Made by a program: the position numbers and the translations under genes
Part shown: one piece after another, positions 1-7,547 of the stretch
How positions within the stretch are numbered: the first letter of the stretch is position 1
How the letters are laid out: every line of letters begins with the position of its first letter
Source: Verrucomicrobiota bacterium
GTDB lineage: Bacteria > Verrucomicrobiota > Verrucomicrobiia > Chthoniobacterales > SZAS-18
Assembly: GCA_018240025.1 (NCBI GenBank)
Contig: JAFEGM010000074.1
Span: forward strand, 11,811-43,810
Reading direction: 5' to 3'
DNA: 32,000 bases
The notes under the pieces: generated by a model
What the model saw: the letters and a program-made list of their open reading frames with translations, nothing else
Database searches by the model: none
What the model was told of the DNA's origin: nothing

Positions 1-2773
1 CGATCGGCCCGCTGGCGATGGTCACGCCGGGCGTCGAGCTCGTCAGCGTGGCGCTGACCGCGGTGGCCGCGCCGGTGCCCGGATTGTTCAGCGTCACGTT
101 GAGCGAATTGCACTCCGACGGCTCCAGCCGGGCATTGCCGGTGGTGATGCTGACCGCCCCGCGCTGCAGATCGGGCGCGGTGACCTGGATGCTGTAGGCG
201 CGGGCGCCGAGGCAGCCATTGGCGTCGAGAGCCGAGATGCTGAAGTTGTACGTGCCGGCCGTGTTCGGCGTGCCCGAAAGCGTGCCGTTGCTGTACGTCA
301 TGCCGGGCGGGACCGAGCCGACCAGACTCAGGACCACCGGCGCGGCGCCGCCCGTGGACGCGAAGGTCTGGGTGGGATAGGTCGAGCCACGGGCGATGCT
401 GCTCGGGATCGCGTTCGGGGTGATGTCGATGGCCGGGCAGCCCGAGGCGTTGGTGTTCTGGACCACCAGCGCGAAGTGCTGGTTGTTGCCCGGCGTGCCG
501 AGCACGCCGTTGCCGTTCAGCGCGGCGGGCACCACCTGGACGGAGAAGTTGGTCCCGGGGGCGAGATTGGGAATGACGACGCGCTCGACGTTGTTGCGAC
601 GGTCGGCCGTGCCGCCGGTGGTCGAGACGCCGCCGGCGAAGACATTGCCCCGATAGGTATTGGCCCCGACCGTGACGATCAGGTCGAGGTCGTTGACCCC
701 GGCCGGATTGGCGCCCGCGGCGCCGGGGACGTCGGTCCAGACGAGCGTGATGCGCAGCGGCGAGGCGGAGGACGTGATGGAGCCGGCGTAGGTGTAGCTG
801 TCGGTCAGCTGGGTGAAGACAACCGACTCGTCGATGTAGTGCGTCGGGATGGGCGAGTTGACCGAATTGCGCAGGTTGATGCGGCCCCAGCCTTCCGTGC
901 TGTTCGGGACGACCGCCGTGGTGCTGCTGCCGGCCACGCCCGCAAATTCCGCGTTCATGTCGACCGCGCCGTTGATCAGCGCGGCCTTGACCAGCGCCGG
1001 CGAAGGCTGCAGCGCGCGGGTCGCTTTCCACCAGCCCGTGAAGATGGCCGCGCCGCCCGAGGCGTGGGGGGCGGCGAACGAGGTGCCGCTGCCGTAGATG
1101 TGCACCGTGTCGCCGCTGACGGCCGAGAAGCCGTCCGAGTTCGAGCTCGTGCGCGGTCCGGTGATCTGCTGGCCGGGCGCCGACACGTCGGGCTTGGTGC
1201 GTCCGTCCTGCGTGGGGCCGCGGCTGGAGTAGTTCGACATGAAGTCGAGGTTGGAATTCGGCACGCCCTGGAAGCTGGGCAGTTCGGGCCGCAGACCGAC
1301 CGACGAGCCGACGGTGAGGACGTTCTTGGCCGATTTCGGGCGCGTCATGGTCTGCGCCCCGGGGCCGGCATTGCCGGAGGAAAAGACGAGCAGGAGGGAA
1401 TCGACGCTGGCGGCGCTGGAGGCGTCGCGCACGAAGCCGTCGAACATCGCCTCCAGGGCGGTGTAGTTCACGCCCGAGCCATTGCCCCAGCTGTTGTTGG
1501 AAATGGTGGCGCGAATGCCGTTGGGCGGCAGGGTCGAGACGGTGTCGTTGACCGCATCGGTGTCGGACCCGGTGTAGGTGCTCGTGATCTGCGGTACGCT
1601 GACGAGATTCACGCCCGGGGCGACGCCGCGGCCGTAGTTGTAGCCGAGGCCGTCGAGCACCGAGAACGGCGGCGCGCCGCCGATGATGGTCGAGCAGAGA
1701 TGTCCGTGACCGCTGAGGTAGCTGCTGCCCGAGGCGCCGCGGAGCGGAGCGGAGACCGCGCGATCGGCCGTGATGTAGAACCCGGACGGTCCCGGGATTT
1801 GAATGCCGCTGTCCACCACCGCCACGGAGACGTTGGTGCCGTCGGTGCCGAACGTGCCGACCGGGTCGTAAGGCGGCGCGTTCAGATTGGCGATGGCCGT
1901 GCCGGAGTAGTTGCCGGCCAGGACCTGCGCGCCGCGCTCGTCTTCCAGCGACTTCTTCACGTAGGGCTCGATGGCGTAGACGTCGCGCATGGCCGCCACC
2001 CGGCTGAGCGCTTCGGGCGTGAGGCTCAGGCGATAGAGATTGAAGACCGCGCCGTCAGGCAGGCGATCGGCCTTGAGCAGCTTGCCTTGGCGGACGAGCG
2101 CGTCCTCGACCGGCCGGGCCTCGGCGCGCTTGAAGACGGCCACGAGGTAGGTGCCGTCCTCGGAGACTTTTTCGGTGCGCTGTCCGGCCGGCTGGAAGAT
2201 CCAGGTCAGCTCGGTGGCGACTCGATAGATCGGCTCGAAGGCGCCCGTCCAGCGCACTTTCTCGTGCCGGGCGATCGCCTCCAACGCGGCCGGCTTGGCA
2301 TAGATCAGGTAGGCCTGATTCGGCACGTATTGCACCGTCTCGGCGCCGAGCGCCCGCAGTTCCTTCAGCCAGGCCTCGCGGATCGGCGCGTGGAATTGCA
2401 CCAAATAGTAGTCGCCTTCCGCCGAGGCCGCCTCGCGGGCCGCGCCCTGCAGGCCGCGGGCCCGGGCGGGATTGGCGCTGCGTGGGTCGAACTTGAAGTC
2501 GCGCAGGCCGATGGAGACGTCGAGCGCCTCAATGGCGAGTCCGGAAGCCGCGCCGTCCCGCTGGAGCGCCTCGGCCCGGGCGCCGCTGGCGGAGACGATG
2601 ACGAAATTGCCGTAGTCTTCGACCACGGTGCCGAGTTGGCGGGCGGCGGATTTCTCACCGGCCTGAACGGTGGTGATCCGGAACAACTGAGGCTCGGCGG
2701 CGAGACCGGAGCCGGCGAGGAGGAACGCAGCCGAAATGGCCAGCGCTCCCGTGAGGAGTCGGGAGGCGAACAT
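1..2773 (-). CDS. Secreted subtilisin-like (S8) serine protease with C-terminal putative-Ig (He_PIG-like) repeats; the 3' end lies beyond the window start
   Basis: The gene is absent from the ORF track because it has no stop codon inside the window. My own reverse-complement translation from the ATG at 2773..2771 gives a signal peptide, MFASRLLTGALAISAAFLLAGSGLAAEP. It then shows VAVVDSG (Asp), SGHGHLCST (His) and GSGTSFAAPHASG (Ser) in subtilase D-H-S order. Later it shows PPGMTYSNGTLSGTPNTAGTYNFSISALDANG. I checked codon by codon that the frame stays open to position 1 (...TLTSSTPGVTIASGPI). Confidence 0.85.
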   Translation of the reverse strand, partial: MFASRLLTGALAISAAFLLAGSGLAAEPQLFRITTVQAGEKSAARQLGTVVEDYGNFVIVSASGARAEALQRDGAASGLAIEALDVSIGLRDFKFDPRSANPARARGLQGAAREAASAEGDYYLVQFHAPIREAWLKELRALGAETVQYVPNQAYLIYAKPAALEAIARHEKVRWTGAFEPIYRVATELTWIFQPAGQRTEKVSEDGTYLVAVFKRAEARPVEDALVRQGKLLKADRLPDGAVFNLYRLSLTPEALSRVAAMRDVYAIEPYVKKSLEDERGAQVLAGNYSGTAIANLNAPPYDPVGTFGTDGTNVSVAVVDSGIQIPGPSGFYITADRAVSAPLRGASGSSYLSGHGHLCSTIIGGAPPFSVLDGLGYNYGRGVAPGVNLVSVPQITSTYTGSDTDAVNDTVSTLPPNGIRATISNNSWGNGSGVNYTALEAMFDGFVRDASSAASVDSLLLVFSSGNAGPGAQTMTRPKSAKNVLTVGSSVGLRPELPSFQGVPNSNLDFMSNYSSRGPTQDGRTKPDVSAPGQQITGPRTSSNSDGFSAVSGDTVHIYGSGTSFAAPHASGGAAIFTGWWKATRALQPSPALVKAALINGAVDMNAEFAGVAGSSTTAVVPNSTEGWGRINLRNSVNSPIPTHYIDESVVFTQLTDSYTYAGSITSSASPLRITLVWTDVPGAAGANPAGVNDLDLIVTVGANTYRGNVFAGGVSTTGGTADRRNNVERVVIPNLAPGTNFSVQVVPAALNGNGVLGTPGNNQHFALVVQNTNASGCPAIDITPNAIPSSIARGSTYPTQTFASTGGAAPVVLSLVGSVPPGMTYSNGTLSGTPNTAGTYNFSISALDANGCLGARAYSIQVTAPDLQRGAVSITTGNARLEPSECNSLNVTLNNPGTGAATAVSATLTSSTPGVTIASGPI

Positions 2774-2835
2774 GCCCGCAGCAAGCCCGCTGTCGCACGG
2801 CGGGCAAGTGGAAAGCGCCGGCTCGCGACAGATTC

Positions 2836-3672
2836 TCAACGTCCGCTGACCCGGAAGACGTAGGAACTCCAAAAACTCTCCCATTCCGGCTGCGTGAAAT
2901 CGGTCGGATCGGCGGCCACCCGCCGGATGTGCACGAGGCGCAGCGCATGCCAGCCGGGGCCTTCGACCCGCAGCTTCACCCGGCCGTCGGCATCGGTCCG
3001 CTCGGTCTGGCGCTGCGGCTCCCCCTCGCGCGGCCGACGCACCAGGGTCACGAAAACGCCCGGCAGGGGCGCGGACTCGAACCGCACCCGCACGGGCAGT
3101 TCCTGCCCGCGGCGGAGCGATTCCAGCGGGACCTCCGGCACGACCTCGAGCGTGTGGCCGACCGCCCGCAGCGAGAGCGGAGCCACGGGCCGAACGTCGC
3201 GCGCCGCGGGCAGGAGCAGCTTGAGGAAACGCGTGTAGCGCTCGCGCCCGGCCCGGCCCATCTCGCGGGCGCGGGTGCGGTCGAGAATGGCCTGCACCAG
3301 GCTCTCCTGCCGGAGATAAGCGTTGAACTTCACGTGATCGAGCGTGATCCGGGCAGGCGTTCGCTCCAGCGAGATCAGGGCGCCTGCCCCGCAGCGCTTG
3401 GTCTCGAGCGAAAGAAGCGGGCGCGCGGCCTCCGTGAGTTCCGGCAGGAGATCGGACTGGCCGTGTGGCGTCAGCAGGGAGGCGGAGGCAAACCGGCGCT
3501 TCTGCGTCCGCTTCTCCTCGCCCTGCCCAAATCCTGCTCCAAGCATGAGGCGTATCCCCACTTTCCCGCCACGGGCTCGTTCGGGCTCCAGCCAGTATTC
3601 GTGGGCCGTGCCGCGGGTCGTCAGGCAAGCCGCCAGCAGGAGGCCACACAGGAATCCAGCGTATGAATACAT
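2836..3672 (-). CDS. DUF4198-like periplasmic protein (family linked to Ni/Co uptake; function unproven)
   Basis: This is a 278-aa ORF. An N-terminal hydrophobic signal (MYSYAGFLCGLLLAACL) is followed directly by AHEYWLEP, the hallmark start of DUF4198-type proteins. The rest of the composition looks beta-rich. Confidence 0.65.
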   Translation of the reverse strand: MYSYAGFLCGLLLAACLTTRGTAHEYWLEPERARGGKVGIRLMLGAGFGQGEEKRTQKRRFASASLLTPHGQSDLLPELTEAARPLLSLETKRCGAGALISLERTPARITLDHVKFNAYLRQESLVQAILDRTRAREMGRAGRERYTRFLKLLLPAARDVRPVAPLSLRAVGHTLEVVPEVPLESLRRGQELPVRVRFESAPLPGVFVTLVRRPREGEPQRQTERTDADGRVKLRVEGPGWHALRLVHIRRVAADPTDFTQPEWESFWSSYVFRVSGR

Positions 3673-3716
3673 GCTGACATCTTTTCCGACATCTCCTGGT
3701 TGTAAATAAGAATTTG

Positions 3717-5663
3717 CTATTTGATTACTTTGAAACCTGAGCGCGCCTTCTCCAGCAGCGCCCTTTCCTCCGGCAGCAGGACCCGCTGTTCCGCCAGCAC
3801 GAAAAACTCCTCGGCTTCAGCGGCCTGGTTGGCGGCCAGAGCGAGCCCCATGTACAGCGCAACTCCCGGTTGCCGCGGCGCCGGCTCCGGCAGCCGGCGC
3901 AGCACCGCCAGCGCTTCGGTCGCGCGACCGCGGAGCAGGAGCGAAAGGGCGCGCGTCGATTGCACCATCGGATCGTCCGGCCGTTCCTGGGCCAGGCGGT
4001 CCGCCGCCGCGTGGGCCTCGGGCAGGCGTTCGCCCAGCAGCAGCCAGAGCGCGGTCTGGTCGTTGCGCGCCCGTACCGATTCCGGTTCGCGGGCCAGTCG
4101 ATCCTGCGTGACCTGCAGGAGCTCGCGGGTCTGTCCGGAGGCCGCGTACAGCTGCGCCAGGGCCTCGAGCGGCGCGGGATCCCCGGGATCGGCCAGGCGC
4201 ATCTGCGCGAGCAACTCTTCGGCCTCCCGCCGCCAGCCCCAGGAGTTGACCAGACGCAGCAGCGCCGCCCGCTGGGCCGCCTCCGGAGCGAGTTCGAGCG
4301 CCCGCTTCCACCAGGCCTGCGAGGCTTCCGCGCGCTGCTGTTCGCGGGCTGCCCGCGCGAGATAGACGAGACGCAGATACTCGCTGGTGCCCCACTCCTG
4401 CGGGCGCAGACTGCGGTCGAGCCCGTTCCAATCGCGGATGGACATGGTCGCATCGGCCAGCGTGATGGCCACCGGGGGCCGCAGGCGCAGAGAGTCCGGC
4501 AGGGTCTTCAACCAGCCGAAGGCCTCGGAGAAGCGCTTCTGCACGAACAGCCAGCGCGCCAGGCTGACGATGCGCACCGGGTCCTCGCCGGCGGCCTCCT
4601 GGGCCTTCTTCACTCTCACGCCGGAGAAGGGGTCGCCCGACCGTACCAGGGCATCCAGTTCCAAGAGCCGATCCTCGAAGGCTCCATCGGCCGAATCCGC
4701 CAGGCCGCGCGCCAGCGCCACCGCGGGGGCGAATTCGCCCCGGGCCAGAGCATCGCGCACCAGAGCGCGCGTTGCGGCCCGACCGACCGCGGCGCTCTTG
4801 CTCAGCTCCTGCAGCGTTTCGCGGGCATACTGCACCTCCGGCGCGGTGGTGGCCGACAGCTGCGCGATGGCAGAATTCAGACGGGCAAATTCGCTCGTCG
4901 GATCGAGCCGACGCCACCTTTGCAGCGCCTCAGCCGCGGCCGGCAGGTTGCCCCGCGCCAGCTCCAGAGCCGTCACCACCTCACAGTAGGCGGCGGTCTC
5001 CCGGGCCGCGGCAGGCAGCCCGGCCAGCGCCCGCTCAGCCGTCTCGAACTCCTGCTCGCGGATCGCTGCGTGGGCCAGGCGGAGTCGGTGGCTTTGCACG
5101 TGAGGCTCCAACTCGCGCACGCGCGTCCACCAGGCCAGGGCCTCGGGGGTGCCCGCTCGGGATTGGAATTCCGCCATCACACGGGTCACGAACGGGTCGT
5201 TGAAGGACAGGCTGACGGCGTCGCGGACCAACGGATAGGCACGTGCCCAGTCCCGTCCTGACAACAGCGTCTCGGCCTCCCGGGCGAGACGCCGCGCCTG
5301 CCAGCCTTTCACGGTGCGTCCCAGGGGCCGCGCGAACCAAAGGCCGAGGAGCAGGAGCAAGCCGATCGACCCGAGGAAGAGATAGCGACGCCGGCGCAGC
5401 GCCCGGCGCATTTCGCGCTCCTCCGGGGTCAGGTCCTCGTCGCTCAGCCACGCGCTGGGCCTCGCTGCAGCCGACTCCCCTTCTTCGCCGGCGGCTTGGA
5501 GTTCGCCCGGCACTTCGACCCGCTGGTAGGGAGAAACGTCCTCCGGTTTGCGATCCAGCACCGACCGGATGGGAATGTGCAGTTTGGCCGAACGCTGCAG
5601 CGGAACCGAGGGCGCATCGCGCCCCGGCTCGGGCTCGGATCGGTAGGGAGAAGGAGAGGCCAA
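3717..5663 (-). CDS. Membrane-anchored TPR/helical-repeat protein
   Basis: This is a 648-aa ORF. It has one TM helix (YLFLGSIGLLLLLGLWF) after an Arg-rich stretch, followed by about 500 aa of Ala/Leu/Arg-rich helical repeats typical of TPR-like proteins. The start is uncertain: TTG at 5663, or ATG at 5411 (MRRALRRRRYLF). The region 5412..5663 still shows G/C-rich third positions, so it is probably coding. Confidence 0.6.
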   Translation of the reverse strand: MASPSPYRSEPEPGRDAPSVPLQRSAKLHIPIRSVLDRKPEDVSPYQRVEVPGELQAAGEEGESAAARPSAWLSDEDLTPEEREMRRALRRRRYLFLGSIGLLLLLGLWFARPLGRTVKGWQARRLAREAETLLSGRDWARAYPLVRDAVSLSFNDPFVTRVMAEFQSRAGTPEALAWWTRVRELEPHVQSHRLRLAHAAIREQEFETAERALAGLPAAARETAAYCEVVTALELARGNLPAAAEALQRWRRLDPTSEFARLNSAIAQLSATTAPEVQYARETLQELSKSAAVGRAATRALVRDALARGEFAPAVALARGLADSADGAFEDRLLELDALVRSGDPFSGVRVKKAQEAAGEDPVRIVSLARWLFVQKRFSEAFGWLKTLPDSLRLRPPVAITLADATMSIRDWNGLDRSLRPQEWGTSEYLRLVYLARAAREQQRAEASQAWWKRALELAPEAAQRAALLRLVNSWGWRREAEELLAQMRLADPGDPAPLEALAQLYAASGQTRELLQVTQDRLAREPESVRARNDQTALWLLLGERLPEAHAAADRLAQERPDDPMVQSTRALSLLLRGRATEALAVLRRLPEPAPRQPGVALYMGLALAANQAAEAEEFFVLAEQRVLLPEERALLEKARSGFKVIK

Positions 5664-5737
5664 GGAAGTGTGCAGAGAAGGATGCCGAACCGCGCCGGGC
5701 TTGTCATGCCGAGATCGGCGCCCGCTCGCACCAAGGC

Positions 5738-5769
5738 AAAAAAAGAGCCCCGCATCGCTGCGGGGCTCT
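5738..5769 (-). terminator. Rho-independent terminator downstream of the porin gene
   Basis: The minus strand reads AGAGCCCCGCA-GCGA-TGCGGGGCTCT, a perfect 11-bp stem with a 4-nt loop, followed by T7. It lies 21 nt after the porin stop codon at 5790..5792. Confidence 0.75.
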
Positions 5770-5789
5770 GAAGTCTGTCTCGAGGTCGA

Positions 5790-7247
5790 TCAGAAGCTCG
5801 CGTTCAGCTCGAGCTGGAAGACGCGGTTCTCGGTGTCGCGGGCGAACGAGGTCTGCACGCGGCGGCGGAGCGGTCCGGTCTCGAAGAGATCCTTCTCGAT
5901 ATTCCAAGCCTGGTAGAAGGTGGCCACACCGGTCAGCCAGTTGGTGAAGCGGTAGCCCGCGCTCACCTTGAATCCGTGGGTGTTCAGCTGCGACTGGCCC
6001 CAGTTCGGATCGTTCAGGTTCGGATCATGCGAACCGAGACCCATGCGGCGGTAGTCCACCGAGACCGTCCAGTCGCCCTTCTTGGCCAGCGAGCCGAGGC
6101 GAACGCCCGCGACCATGGCGAACTTGTCGCTGAAGTCGTCGGCCCGGATGCCGTAGGTGCGATACGCACGCGCACCGCCCTGGAAGTTGTAGGCGAACTC
6201 CGCATACGGCTTCACCGCGAGGCCGCCGATCTTGAAGTTCAGTTCCATCGGGACGCTCAGCACCAGGAGATTCCGGGCGGAATCCTTGCCGGTGTAGGTG
6301 GCGTTCGTGGTGGTGCCGTTGGCGTTCAGGAAGGTGATCGTCGAGGTCGAGTTGAAGCCCGCCGAGTTGGTCAGGATGCCGTCGACGCCCGCCGTGGCCG
6401 GGCCGGTCGCCGTCGCCGGCGTGCCGCCGCCGGAGCTGGCGTAGAACATGATCGTCGGACCGATCTTGAAGCTCAGCGCGTTGCTCGGCTTGATGTCGAA
6501 CACGGCCTGCGCCATGAACAGAACGACGTCGTTGTTGCCGGCCGCAGCCGTGCGGTTCTCGACATTGTCGGCGAAGATGTACTGACCGGCGATGAGGTCG
6601 AGCTTGGTGGTCGAGCTCAGATCGGTCTTGTAAATCTCCGTGAAGCCGGTCGGACGCAGGTCGGTCTTGTCGTAGATGAAGTCATCCACGATGTAGAACG
6701 GGAAGTCCTGCTTGCCCATCACGAGCGTGAAGTTGGGCGTGACCTTCCAGCCGAGGTAGGCCTTGTCGATGAAGACGTCGTTCTTGCCGAAGCCGTCGGC
6801 CAGCGTGGCCGTCGTGCCGTCATTCGAGCGGTTGTCGCCGGAGGCGATCGACCAGCCGATGAACATGTTGTCCGTCATCTGGTACTCGAAATTGATGCGC
6901 AGGCGATAGCGCGTGGGGCGCGAGCTCTGCTGGTACCCGTCGAAGCCGGCCGTGGGCGGGCGCAGCTGCTGGCGGAAGTCCTGATACTGATAGCGGAGGC
7001 GGAAGTCGCCGCTGATCGTCAGCTCCTTCACTTCCTTGCTCTTGGCCCGCAGGAAGGTGGGCACGTCGGTGGCCTTGATGCCTTTGCCCTTGCTGTCTCC
7101 CTGCATCACATTCAGCTCGCGCTCCAGCGCGGCGACACGGGCCTCGAGGGCCTTGTCATAGGGGTCCGCGGCGGTCGCCGTGAAACCGGCAGCGACCACG
7201 CCGGCAGCGGCGAGGACGCTCACCTTGGTAAGGGGGTTGTGTTTCAT
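5790..7247 (-). CDS. Outer-membrane beta-barrel porin with an N-terminal coiled-coil segment
   Basis: This is a 485-aa ORF. It has a signal peptide (MKHNPLTKVSVLAAAGVVAAGFTATA) and a short coiled coil (ALEARVAALERELNVMQ). It then shows alternating amphipathic beta-strand patterning rich in G/Y/N/T/F, and a C-terminal aromatic residue (...QLELNASF) typical of OMP barrels. Confidence 0.75.
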   Translation of the reverse strand: MKHNPLTKVSVLAAAGVVAAGFTATAADPYDKALEARVAALERELNVMQGDSKGKGIKATDVPTFLRAKSKEVKELTISGDFRLRYQYQDFRQQLRPPTAGFDGYQQSSRPTRYRLRINFEYQMTDNMFIGWSIASGDNRSNDGTTATLADGFGKNDVFIDKAYLGWKVTPNFTLVMGKQDFPFYIVDDFIYDKTDLRPTGFTEIYKTDLSSTTKLDLIAGQYIFADNVENRTAAAGNNDVVLFMAQAVFDIKPSNALSFKIGPTIMFYASSGGGTPATATGPATAGVDGILTNSAGFNSTSTITFLNANGTTTNATYTGKDSARNLLVLSVPMELNFKIGGLAVKPYAEFAYNFQGGARAYRTYGIRADDFSDKFAMVAGVRLGSLAKKGDWTVSVDYRRMGLGSHDPNLNDPNWGQSQLNTHGFKVSAGYRFTNWLTGVATFYQAWNIEKDLFETGPLRRRVQTSFARDTENRVFQLELNASF

Positions 7248-7547
7248 CCTGATTCCTAAGGAGGTTTGGGGTGTGGTTGGTTAAGTGGTGCGACCGAAAA
7301 GGAGTAGCCGTTTTCCCGGTTTCCCGAGTGAATACAAGCACAGAATCGCCGAAGGCCAAAATTTTTGGACTTTTTTTGAACGTTTTTTCACGATTCGCCG
7401 CGAGCGTAGCCGCAAGGTGCCCCTGTATAGGGTCGAATTACTCTGATTTTCGCTGGATGGAAAACCGGAATTGAATGTCGTGTGACTACTGAATGCGCGC
7501 CGTCTTTCCGATTTCGAATTCACGGTGGGTGGTGCTAGGACTGCGGG
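7248..7547. promoter_or_regulatory. Divergent, comparatively AT-rich 300-bp intergenic region between the porin gene (-) and the kinase-like gene (+)
   Basis: No credible coding sequence is present. The region is visibly less GC-rich than its flanks. It contains the palindrome CCAAAA-T-TTTTGG (7356..7368) followed by T-runs. I could not assign convincing -35/-10 boxes. Confidence 0.4.

Noticed and set aside
476-2863. 795-aa plus-strand ORF, the longest track ORF in the first 3 kb
   Set aside because: Its composition is dominated by R/G/A/D/V, and it has no signal peptide, hydrophobic core pattern or motifs. The opposite strand encodes a complete S8 subtilase, so this is a GC-driven antisense shadow ORF.
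5976-7259. 427-aa plus-strand ORF antisense to the porin gene
   Set aside because: It has Arg/Gly/Ala/Val-rich shadow composition. The minus strand has a signal peptide, beta-barrel patterning, a C-terminal Phe and its own terminator.
7400-7445. GGTCGAAT motif resembling a tRNA T-loop in the long intergenic region
   Set aside because: The flanking bases do not form a T-stem, and I could not build an acceptor or anticodon arm. It is not a tRNA.
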